From Lama guanicoe (lineage: Eukaryota): DNA of 46,205 nt. The stretch is from NCBI GenBank assembly GCA_013239625.1, contig MU054220.1, positions 1,975,509 to 2,021,713 on the forward strand, given 5' to 3'. Of this stretch, positions 24,811-35,195 are shown piece by piece; the first letter of the stretch is position 1, and every line of letters begins with the position of its first letter. The notes beneath the pieces are model-generated. The model did not search any database and was not told where the DNA came from. It was given only the letters and a program-made list of their open reading frames with translations. The position numbers and the translations under genes are program-made.

Positions 24811-25380
24811 AAAATTACCATATGATCCAGTAATTTCACTTCCAGGTTAATTATCAAAAGAAATGAAAGTAGGGATTTAGATATTTGTACACCCATGTTC
24901 ATAGCAATATTATTCATAATAGCCAAAAAGTGGAACCAGCCCAGTGTCCATTGACAGTGGAATGAACAAAATGTGATATATGCAAACAATGAAATATTTT
25001 TTACCCTCAAAAAGGAAGGAAATTCTGACACATGCTACAACATGGATGAACCTTGAGGACACTATGCCAAATGAAATAAGCCAGTCACAAAAAGACAACT
25101 GTTGTATGATTCCACTTACATGTAGTATTTAGGGTAGTCAAATGCATAGAGATAGAGAGCAGAATGGTGGTTATCAGGGGGTGGGGGAGGAGGAAATGGG
25201 GAGTTAGTGTTTAATGGGTACAGAGTCTCATTTTGGAAAGATGAAAAAGTTCTGGAGATGGATGGTGGTGATGGTTGCAAAATATTGTGAATGTACTTAA
25301 TGTCACAGAACAGTAGACTTAAAAATGGTTAAAATGGTAAATTTATGTTGTGTATATTTTACCACAATAAAAAAAATTAA
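24811..25380 (+). mobile_element. L1 3' end inserted in the Maverick integrase
   Basis: 'aattaccatatgatccag..ccatgttcatagc..gatggatggtggtgatggttgc..accacaataaaaaaa'. Confidence 0.9.
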
Positions 25381-25497
25381 GTAATGAAGATACTGGTTAA
25401 GATAACAGTAGTAAGCTAACACAAATACCCAGTATGTATATTTATAGAATTGCCTGATGGAATCAGAAATGGAAAGTTGTAACCAAAACATTTTTTA

Positions 25498-25680
25498 GAG
25501 TGGTTCTGAAGTAAGAATGACTACAGCTTTGCTACTGGGAGTGTGAACAGCATCGTTATCACTTGGAAGCTGATTAGAAATTGGAATCTCAGGCCCCACC
25601 CCAGACCTACAAATCCGATTCTGCATTTTAACAGGATTCCCATGTGATTGATACTCACCTTAAAGTTTGAGAAGCACTAG
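25498..25680. mobile_element. MER5A-like hAT MITE
   Basis: Ends 'agtggttctgaa' and 'tttgagaagcact' form imperfect TIRs; internal 'aatctcaggccccacccca gacctac..ctgcattttaaca'. Confidence 0.8.
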
Positions 25681-25880
25681 CCTGGGGCAAATCTTACCAC
25701 TTTTTTAGCTGTGTGACTTTGGATCTGGTACCAAACCACTTTGTGCCTCAACTATTTTTATCTGTAAAACGGTGATAACAGGAATGCTTACTTTATAAGG
25801 TTGCCAAAGATTAAATGTGATAATAATGCCAATTGTATAACACTTGGCACATTCAGGGACTATTAGCTATTATCATTACT
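25681..25880 (+). mobile_element. MIR SINE
   Basis: 'tagctgtgtgactttgg..tgtgcctcaa..atctgtaaaacggtgataa..agattaaatg..tattagctattat'. Confidence 0.85.
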
Positions 25881-28457
25881 TTGCAGTGCAGAAAATCTGT
25901 GAAAAGTTGATTTCAGGGACTTTTCTAAAAAATAGTAAATTTAGGAAGTCAGTATTTTCCAGAGGATATGAATGGTGTCTGGCTTTAAAGAGATAATTAT
26001 GAAAAAGGATATGTGGGGGATAATAGTTTGGGCAACGTATGAAGGAATGAAAATGACTTTCTTAGAAAAACCCATTATAGTAGAGGTGATATAGTGTCAA
26101 ACTTATGCACAATGGGGCAAATTTTTTTCTTGTTAAAGTATGAGTGGACCAGACAAACATTATTTACAAAATATAAATGGAAGGGAAGCAGCTTTTAATG
26201 ACAATGTCATATTTAAAAAATATTTTAGGGGCTAAAATATTTCACATGTCTGAAATCCCCCCGTGGGATATAGTCTTTCAGCTGAAGTATCACAAATATA
26301 TTTGACTTATGTGATAAAGGACCAATATTTCACTAAGGAGCAGGCTGGAAGAGAGTGAACTATTAACAAGGGGGAGGCAAAAAGGACAGCTAAAGAGGCG
26401 CCCGTGAACTGCTGGCACCTGGGCCACAATTCTCAGAAGATGTCGTTGAGTTCCTAACCTAATTTCTCTGGCTGGAGATCTTTCTTTGTCCCAGAAAAGA
26501 CTTTTGGAGACAGAGCGGATTAAAAAAAATAATATTGTTAAGAAGTGAGGTTGCTGGGCTTGCACTTTACTAGCCGGAATCCCTTTATCTTTCCTGAGAG
26601 CCCCCCAGGTCTCTTTTATTCTAGGTCAGTAATTTAACACTCTCAGCTCTCAATTCAAAGCCAGTAATGACCTTGCTGTGCTGAATTATTAGCCTAGGAT
26701 ATAGAAAGAGAGAGAGAGAAGGAAGGGGGAAAAAAACCCCTAAAAACAACAGAGGCCTTTTGATCAGAGCACCAAACTGCAGTTCGCTGTAACTCAAGCT
26801 GCCCATTCTTATATGGCAGGAATTAAGGACTCCCCCTGCCAGGCAGGACCCTATTAAAAGACAATAGCTGTTTGAAAAGGGTAAGCAAGTTGATATGGAT
26901 ATAATAGGCCACATATGGGGGCCCCTTTCTACTCTGAAATAAAGCTCCTTCTTAAGAGTTGTGAGCTGGGAAATCCAGTATTCAGTAAGGCAGGAGGAGG
27001 AGATATAATAGAAGAGAGTGGGTAGCCATGCAGAAATGCTTGAAGGTGCTTCAGGAAAAGGGGAGGAGGGCTTTGGGGAGCCTGCAGAGATGAGCATCAA
27101 TCACTAAGCATAGAAGCTCTCAGAATGGCCAGGTGCTCTTAGGTCCCCAAGAGGTTTTTAGGACCAGTGACGACAAAGACTAGGCTAGAACTAATAGAGT
27201 GGTTAGTTTCTCTAATGGGTTAACAACAACAACAAAAAACAAGTAGCAAAGTAGTAAGCTCTTGCCAGGAATGATGCAGCTGGCAAAAAGTAATCTTTTC
27301 TGCCTTGTTTTAGACAGTCTAACATGTCAACATCCTAAACTCCTGATGAGTACCATCTAGTGCCACTAAATGTTCTTGTTATCTCTAGGATGAAATTAAA
27401 AAAAAAAAAAAGCCCTGTGAAACAGAGACAGTAAACTCCAAAGAAATTGCTTCTTGCCTCCCAACTACACACTTCCTCTGATGCAGAGAGGTAACCACAG
27501 GACATGGGACTGCTCACTCTATTAGCTAACCCATACTTCCTTATCTATCACTAAACACTCTGCCCATTAATGGATGATGCTTTTGGAGGGTCTTAAATCC
27601 ACAGCAGAATTTTCCAACCACTGTTTTAGCTATCTCTAGGATCTTGTTAGTATGTTACAAAACAAGGAAGGATTTAAGAGTGTTTCAAGCTTTCTAAACA
27701 CATTAATCTAGTTGTTATGACTAAATTCTGAATTCCCAAATTCCAAAGCAAAAATATCAGAAAGAAAAAGGAATTTTTCTTTCCTCCTCAACCCTTTGCT
27801 AATTGCCAAGTGAACAGCTCTCCAATTCCCACCCGCTGCAATTAATGGGCTAGCTTGATGGAATGCACAACTAAAGAAAAAAACGCAAGGGATCTCTAAC
27901 ACTTGCTTGTTCCACTGAGTAGCCAACAGGGCACAAAACTGATCTTTAGCCAATTAAACGGTTTTGCTGATTAAAGAGAAGATTTGGATTCCTAGGAAAA
28001 AAATTTTTGCCTCACCATTAGGCTTAAGACTCCAAAACAAACAGATTATTTTTACAAAAAGTTATTTGAGATAATTGTTTCCATAAAATACTGCAATTCT
28101 AAACTACTCTTCAGTATGTAGACGGTTTCATTTCAGATGGGGTCATCATGTAGGAAGGGAGGGACGAGCAGTGGAGAGCAATGAAACGAGCCATGGAGAA
28201 CATCAAACACCATGCTCATTCTCTAATTCATGCCTTAGCATATGGTGACCATATTTTCAGAAGTTCAAGTTGGGACACTTGGTCTAAAAAAGTTTTTGTT
28301 TGGTGTGTGGGCCACTTCCAGGTGTAAGAAACAGCCTAAAGATTTTATACATATAAGTGAAAAATGATGGAGTATATTTAAATGCCATGTTAACTGATGA
28401 ATATTAAATGTCATATAATTTGATAAACCTTAAAAGATATACAGTCTATATAATCTG

Positions 28458-28536
28458 GAGGAGGTACTGGGGATTGAACTCAGGACCTCATGCATGCTAA
28501 GCATGTGCTCTACCACTTGAGCTATCCCCTCTCCCT
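28458..28536 (-). mobile_element. tRNA-derived SINE (camelid Vic-1-like), short form with TSD
   Basis: Reverse complement of A/B boxes ('ggattgaactc', 'ccacttgagcta'); flanked by CAGTCTATATAATCTG (28442-28457) and CAGCCTATGTAATCTG (28537-28552). Confidence 0.85.
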
Positions 28537-29106
28537 CAGCCTATGTAATCTGAAAAATAAAATTCATTATACAGAACAGTATGTGTGATACGGTACCATT
28601 TATATAAAACTACATACTTATGGGTGTATATGCAAGTAGACAAGATGTTTGAAAATGATGAAAAGAGAAAATGAAGGCACAAATAAAAATTGAAGAAAAT
28701 GTCTCAGAACTGATAAAAACATGAATTCCTAGATTGAAAGGATCCTTAAAAGCCCAGCATAATGAATGAGTATAGATGCACACCAAGACACATCACTGTG
28801 AAAAATTAGACGCCACGTTTTACTGGGGTGTGTGGCAAAATCACTTGGTAGAAGAGCATGTAGGACAGGAGATGCTGGTGCAGCTATCTTTGGAAAATAT
28901 AACCTGCCATGGTTGCCCTCTGGCCACAACAATTTACATTCCTCCCAAACGCAAAATACACCCTGCTCCCCTAGACTCTCAGAGCCCAATTCCATTTCAG
29001 CATCAGCCCAACTCCAGGATCTTGTCATTTACACCTAGGATGTACAGTGGTGATACGGGCCTAGGATAATCACAATAGACTTCCATTCAAAAAAAGGGAG
29101 GATGGG

Positions 29107-30318
29107 TCTCTTCAGCAAATGGTGTTGGGAAAACTGGACAGCAGCATGTAAAACAATGAAGCTAGAACACACCCTTACACCATATACAAAAATCAACTCA
29201 AAATGGATTAAAGACTTGAACATAAGACAAGATACAATCAACCTCCTAGAGGAAAACATAGGCAAAACATTATCTGACATACATTTCAAAAATTTTCTCC
29301 TAGAAGAAATAAAAGCAAGAATAAACAAATGGGACCTAATGAAACTTACAAGCTTCTGCAGAGCAAAGGAAACCAGAAATAAAACAAGAAGAAAATCTAT
29401 GGAATGGGAGAAAATTTTTGCAAGTGAAACCGACAAAGGCTTGATCTCCAAAATATATAAGCAGCTCATACGACTCAATAAGAAAAAAATAAACAACCCA
29501 ATCCAAAAATGGGCAGAAGACCTAAACAAGCAATTCTCCAAGGAAGACATACAAATGATCAAAAANNNNNNNNNNNNNNNNNNNNNNNNNNNNNNNNNNN
29601 NNNNNNNNNNNNNNNNNNNNNNNNNNNNNNNNNNNNNNNNNNNNNNNNNNNNNNNNNNNNNNNNNNNNNNNNNNNNNNNNNNNNNNNNNNNNNNNNNNNN
29701 NNNNNNNNNNNNNNNNNNNNNNNNNNNNNNNNNNNNNNNNNNNNNNNNNNNNNNNNNNNNNNNNNNNNNNNNNNNNNNNNNNNNNNNNNNNNNNNNNNNN
29801 NNNNNNNNNNNNNNNNNNNNNNNNNNNNNNNNNNNNNNNNNNNNNNNNNNNNNNNNNNNNNNNNNNNNNNNNNNNNNNNNNNNNNNNNNNNNNNNNNNNN
29901 NNNNNNNNNNNNNNNNNNNNNNNNNNNNNNNNNNNNNNNNNNNNNNNNNNNNNNNNNNNNNNNNNNNNNNNNNNNNNNNNNNNNNNNNNNNNNNNNNNNN
30001 NNNNNNNNNNNNNNNNNNNNNNNNNNNNNNNNNNNNNNNNNNNNNNNNNNNNNNNNNNNNNNNNNNNNNNNNGACTTGTGGTTACCAGGGGGGTGGAGGG
30101 TGGGAAGGGATAGACTGGGATTTCAAAATTGTAGAATAGATAAACAAGATTACACTGTATAGCACAGGGAAATATACACAAAATGTTATGATAACTCACA
30201 GAGAAAAAAATGTGACAATGAGTGTGTATATGTCCATGAATGACTGAAAAATTGTGCTGAACACTGGAATTTGACACAACATTGTAAAATGATTATAAAT
30301 CAATAAAAAATGTAAAAA
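29107..30318 (+). mobile_element. Young 5'-truncated L1 (ORF2 C-terminus plus 3' UTR) spanning the assembly gap
   Basis: Open ORF2 frame [36 protein letters not shown] up to the gap; polyA tail; perfect 18-bp TSD AAAAAAAGGGAGGATGGG at 29089-29106 and 30319-30336. Confidence 0.95.
29566..30071. other. Assembly gap (506 N)
   Basis: Run of N. Confidence 1.
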
Positions 30319-32002
30319 AAAAAAAGGGAGGATGGGAAGCAGTATAGTGATCATTGGTCCATTACAATTCTGAAATCCACCCAGGCACATGTCTTACTTC
30401 CCTGATTTGGGCCCAAAACTCTCCCTGACAATGATTTTCTATGACCTTTGACTCTGTACTCTGGGCTTTTGGTTCCATCTTCTGAATCATGATTTCATGT
30501 CCATAAAAACATAGCCTTCGTTTGTAGCTGAGGAGCTTTCTCTGCTTGCTTCCTACCCATGAAGTCTAGGGGTCCAAAAGTCACTTTTTATTTTGTATTA
30601 TCTCTATATTCTTTAGTTCAAATGGATGGTACTTCCATCAATACAATTCTCTTAAAACATGTTTTTTTTTTAATGAACTTTATTGGGGTTTACTTCACTA
30701 GACAAAAGCTATACCCTCAAGTCTCCCTGAGACAGGCCCTTCTCCATTTGAGTTCTCTTATGAGGCTGTAATGAGATAATACCCTTAAGATCTGTAGGTC
30801 TTTTGTTTGAGAGAGTCTGAGAGGCTCCACTTTGAAATCTTTCTGAGGTTTTAACAAACGGTTCATCTTTACTCTCAGACCACATTTTTCTGACAGCACT
30901 CTGGATTTGATCTTTGCCCTGAGGCACTTTCTTACTTTGAGTACTTTTTTGCTGGTTGGAAAGACAGTGCCAAGCTCTGTATATTTCCTCTAAATTCGTC
31001 TCTCATCTCCCTCATGTTTTACTGTAGGCAGCTAGAAAAAGACAGGCAGCCTGGAAATCTCCATAGCTAGACCATTGAGCTCACCAGGTGTATTTCCTAT
31101 TTTTTCACATTACCAAAGGTGACAGTATTGCCAAACTTTGTCATTGTATAACAGGGACCGGTTACCTCCGGCTTCCAATAACATTTCCCTCACTCTCTTT
31201 TAAGCCTTCATTGATAGCGGGAGTCCAATGGGCCTGAAGGAGACTAACAGTCTCCTCAAAGTCCTTCTTCCTTCTCATTTCTGCCTGCTGCCTGGTCTCA
31301 AAGCCAATGACGCCTCTTTACATCTTTGTTACTGCAGCACCGCACTCCCAGGAAAATGTTTTGTTCCAGCCATCTATTGCTGCTTAATGAACCACACCAA
31401 ACTTAGCGGCATAAAAACCAACAATTTTATTATGCTCGTGGATTCAGTGGGTTTAGGAATTATACGGAGGGCAGCAGAGAGGCCCGGTCTCTACTCCATG
31501 ATGTCTGGACCTGACTTAGAAGGCTTGAGTGGCTGGGTGGGGATGGAATCATCTGGAGGCTTCTCCACTCACATGTTGGGCACCTAGACTAGGATGACTT
31601 GAAGGCCAGGCTTGTGCGTGGGCTTCTGACAGCACGGCACCTGGTTCGTAAGAGGAGTCCTGAGAGGGAATGTCTGAAAAGTGCGTTGCCAGAGACAGGC
31701 TCTACGTGGCCTCTTGTGACCTAGCCCTGGGAAGTCAAAAAATGTTACTTCTATCATTTTCATATTCAAAGGGAGGGGTCATAGACCCCACATCTCCAAA
31801 ATAGGAATGTCAAAGAATGTCAAAGAATGTGGGGTCCTTTTTTAAAATCACTACACCAAAACCAAGGAAGAAAGAAGACAGGGGATCCCAAGGGTAATGG
31901 GGAAAGTCCAGAGATCCCGAGATCACCGCTGTATAGCAGACACAGAGATAAAATAATAAAGCTAAAGCATTCAGAAGATTCTGCAGAAGACTCCTAATAT
32001 AT

Positions 32003-32450
32003 ATGCTTCTACCAGAGTCAGTCCTGGCAGTTAACAGATAATGCATTTTAAAAGGATAGCCAAGGAAAGCTTTTTAAAAAAGAGTATTTACAAAGGTGCA
32101 GACAGGGTTAAGGGAAAGTGGATTACCTTAGGGCTAGCAACAGTTAGGACCTGTTTCTACTCCTAGGCCTGAAGACACAGGCGGAGGGAATGGTTTCTTG
32201 AATCCAGAAAGAGTAGGGACCATCCAACTTGAGTTGTGGCCTTCAGTAGAGGAACCCACAGCAAACTGGTAGAGAGAGAAACAAGTGAATACATACATGC
32301 AATCTCTCCTCCTGCCCTTCAATCCCCCGTCAACACTCCCCATGGGCTTTAACTCAAATGGAAGCCACAGGGCAGGAAAGTCTATGGACTAAAGTCCATA
32401 CAGACTTACCTTCTAAGATAGAGAAATGTGGAGAGTGGGTATAGAGGGGC
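32003..32450. mobile_element. Ancient solo LTR-like repeat (family uncertain)
   Basis: 'tatttacaaaggtg..agggttaagggaa..gggctagcaacag' resembles old mammalian LTR consensus text recalled from memory. Confidence 0.4.
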
Positions 32451-32599
32451 AAATGAAAAATAAATAGCACAGTACTAAAGGGAAATTTATTCAGTTGGGT
32501 AGAATTTAGTTCAACTAATGATAAGTTTATAGGAAACTCACCAAACAAGAGGAAAAAAGGGGCAATTCCAGGGGTGAGAAGGTTGTACAACATAGTCCA

Positions 32600-33270
32600 G
32601 GTGTCAACAGTGCTCTAGAGTTATAAAATATAAACCTGGATATTTATATAACAACAATCTTGATATATGTACTGGCAGGTTAGGGGGTGGGTAAGTTAAG
32701 ATACATAGGTGTGGTAAAGTGTGTTAAAGGGAATTAGATTTACATCTTACACAGCAGTAAGATCGATAATGCCTGATTTTGAAAATATCAAGAAGCAGCA
32801 ACATAAGCAAGTAATTTAGAGATCTAGAGACAAATGCTAAGCAAATCACTCTGAGTTGAACTTGATTATTTCTAAGGAATGAGAAACTAAATTGAGACTT
32901 TTGAGGGATTTTTTTTTTTACAATTCTTGTAGAACTATTTTACTCTTTAAACTGTATGCATGTATAACTTTGCTTTAAAATAAATAAATAAATCAGGGAA
33001 AGAAAACTCAGCTTAGAGGGCTACCTGTTCTATGATACCTTCCCTGATACTTCAGGCTTAATTAAGATATCTTTCCTCTGGACCTTCTTATTCTTACCAT
33101 CTTGAACCTCTAGTTAGCTCAAATCACAAGTAAATTAATCATGGGCCTATGTGACTGTGAGTACCCTCAAGGTAGGGACCATGCCTTATTAATCACTATT
33201 TCCCCAGCACCTGCCAGAAACTCAGGCACATAAAGGGTATGTAAGAAATATTTCCTGAATTGAATGATCT
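32600..33270 (+). mobile_element. Old L1 3' fragment (to about 32995) followed by an L2 3' fragment
   Basis: 'cttgtagaactattttactctttaaactgtatgcatgtataacttt' then 'gactgtgagtaccctcaaggtagggaccatg..tgaattgaatga'. Confidence 0.6.
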
Positions 33271-33382
33271 CAGGCAATGACACCAATATCCTACCAGTCA
33301 CATTGGATAGAAAAATTCCATGAACAAAGTATCTTTCTAACACCTCACTTAACTCTCTTCCTGAGCTCCATTACTTCACAAC

Positions 33383-33734
33383 ATGCTGGATATTTGTGTC
33401 CCCCTCAAAATATGTATGTTGAAACCTAATCCCCTATGTGACAATATTTGGAGATGGAGCCTTCAGGAGGTAGGTCATGAGGGAGGAGTCCTCCTGAATG
33501 GGATTGGTGCCCGTATAAAAGAGGGCCAGAGGAGGTCCCGTGCCCCTTCTGCCATGGTAGTATACAGCGAAAAGACAGCTGTCTATGAACTAGGAAGCAG
33601 GACTCAACAGACATGGAATCTGCCAGCCTTGATCTTGCACATCAAGCCTCCAAAACTGTGAGAAATAGATTTCTGTTGTTTATAAGCCACATAGTCTATG
33701 ATAGTTTGTTTAGCAGCTTGAATAGACTAAAGCA
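33383..33734 (+). mobile_element. MaLR solo LTR (MLT1A/MST-like)
   Basis: 'tttgtgtccccctcaaaat..tgttgaaacctaatcccc', 'gcctccaaaactgtgagaaat..ttctgttgtttataagccac..agcagc..gaatagactaa'. Confidence 0.85.
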
Positions 33735-33739
33735 CTGAC

Positions 33740-34090
33740 CATAGACACTTTGTCATTGTCTGAATACACCAAACCTCTGCGCCCTTGCTCATGCTGATCC
33801 TTTGGATGGAGATGCCCTCCCTGCTCAGTTCCCAGTCTCCATTATTCATCTTCTAAGGACCATTTGAAGCTTTTCTCAAAATTCATAGTCAGAATAAACC
33901 TCTTTTTCCACTTATCCCAAAACACGCTGCCTGAAATTCTACTTGGCACTTACTTAATAGCATCTTAATAATTATGCCTACATCTGATTTTCTTCTTGAG
34001 TTCATACGTTCCTTGAGTTCAGTTGGCTTATTCATCTTATATCCTTCACCAGCATGGTGTCTAGCATATAGAAGGCAGACAAACATTGTA
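33740..34090 (+). mobile_element. L2 LINE 3' fragment
   Basis: 'cttgctcatgctg..gatgccctcc..ccagcatggtgtctagcatatagaaggc'. Confidence 0.6.
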
Positions 34091-34445
34091 GAGTAACAGT
34101 GTTTTTCTGATATGTAAACTGCCATTACTTCTTCCTCCCATAAGAATGACAGTGAATTCCTTGAGGGTCATGTATGGCATAGTGATTGGCATTTAGTAAG
34201 ACAATAAATAGTTACAACTTTATAATTTTAAAAGTTAAAAGAAGACCAGGTAGTGAATTTATTTCTCAGCCTTTATAAGGCACTGTCTTTTACTGTGCCT
34301 TTCTTCTTATCTCAACATAATTGAGCCTTCCACAAACTGGCCCTGTCCTAATTATTTATTTCCTGTTTGTTGCTTTTCAACATGTACTAGTCCTCCACAA
34401 GTCAAGTTAGACTCCTTTATGACCCCTTATAGTGTATGATATTTT

Positions 34446-35195
34446 CTACTCCTGCAAATATAATTACATTCCACTAGAATAAAACGTCCAAATACTTCCT
34501 CTTATAATAACGGTAGACCAAGTAATTTAGACCAATGCTCCTGGCTGAGAAAAACCAGATGAACTATTACAAGCATCTGTTGGAAGTCATCAGAGAGCCA
34601 GGAAGTCAAATGGAGAATGACAAGGCCAGATTATAAAAGGAGAGTAAAATCCAAAGAGGTGAGTCCAGCGTTTGGTGCCACTTTTCCCCAAGGGCAGGAA
34701 TTCCAAACAGAAGGGTCCATGGATTGAATTCAAGGGGTCCACAAACTTGGACAGAAAAAAAAAACTACATCTTTATTTTTGCTAACTTTTAACTGGAATT
34801 TACTATTTCCTTCAATTATGAATGTAAACATAGTACAATTAGTAGTACCTGTGTTTTTTTTTCAACAATAGAAATCTCAGGTATTTTCATATCACATTAA
34901 AGTTGTTCCAGATATCCCACAATACCACTTATCATCACTTCGAAATAAGGTATTATTATACCCACTAGTAGTTCCAGGGGCTTCTGCCAGTCATGAAAGA
35001 GGCAGCTGACAGACTGAGCAGGTAATAGTTTTGAATTAATGTTAAGTCCTTGGGTTTTCAAATGATTTTCTTAAGACTTGGCAGTCAAAACACTGGAATT
35101 CAGGACCCACCCAGGTTGGGGAGAGGGACTCTGGTAAATCCAGAAGTATTTGGACGTTTTATTCTAGTGGAATGTAATTATATTAGCAGGAGTAG
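34446..35195. repeat. 53-bp inverted repeat pair (34446-34498 and 35143-35195), 52/53 identical
   Basis: CTACTCCTGCAAATATAATTACATTCCACTAGAATAAAACGTCCAAATACTTC recurs as its reverse complement with one mismatch, 644 bp downstream. Confidence 0.95.

Larger units (their letters stand above)
8350..26260. mobile_element. Degenerate Maverick/Polinton (endogenous virus-like DNA transposon) fossil, near-complete gene set, interrupted by younger TEs
   Basis: Nine separate pseudo-ORFs each carry motifs, in the expected internal order, resembling Maverick core proteins: pPolB on +; INT, minor capsid, PM, protease, PW, PZ, major capsid and ATPase on -. The clustering of independent matches is the main support. 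No terminal inverted repeats recognised, so the ends are approximate. Confidence 0.85.
24385..26260 (-). pseudogene. Maverick retroviral-like integrase remnant with C-terminal chromo-like region, split by MIR, MER5A and L1
   Basis: CLSG..HTLTRKKF ~26160-26118 (cf. WLS.QD.YTLHKP.R..F); MGFSKK ~26073 (cf. DM..FSK.N); NYLFK..YPLEN ~25998-25953 (cf. D.LSKYAW..PLK); KVP / QLFTD ~25925-25893 (cf. RVP.KLQTD); RQFYKYTYWVFVL..LNQYLH 25460-25385 (cf. RYFT..NT.RWIDVL..YN.S.H); VG..VCVPL*EKTF..W..VFSID ~24740-24640 (cf. VGD.VR.S..K..F.KG...WT.EIF.V); ELES..KVYITEKVL ~24500-24454 and ELLVKF ~24398-24381 (cf. ELQKV..IYRIEKVL..LLVKW). Confidence 0.75.
28828..31856 (-). mobile_element. MaLR (MLT1-type) element: LTR fragment, internal region and LTR, interrupted by a young L1
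   Basis: LTR-end motif 'tttggaaaatataacctgcca' ~28900; MaLR-internal-like text ('ggataatcacaatagac..ccattc', 'ctggaaatctcc..agct', 'ttccaataacatttccctca'); LTR 31361-31856 starting 'tgttccagccatctattgctgc..ccaaacttagcggcataaaa'. Confidence 0.65.

Noticed and set aside
26621..27100. 159-aa minus-strand ORF upstream of the integrase
   Set aside because: Non-ATG start, low-complexity Leu/Ser-rich composition and no recognisable motif.
5600..27250. Maverick terminal inverted repeats pairing ~5600-5700 with ~26570-26620 or ~27220-27250
   Set aside because: Only short or low-complexity similarity, not distinguishable from chance by eye.
29102..30277. Long ORFs of 345, 217 and 251 aa in the ORF track
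   Set aside because: Their lengths are artefacts of reading through 506 N. Only the L1 ORF2 part before the gap is real.
34446..35195. Inverted repeat as the TIRs of a DNA transposon or of the Maverick
   Set aside because: No TSD outside the arms, the enclosed L1-like sequence continues beyond the right arm, and the pair lies 8 kb outside the Maverick genes.
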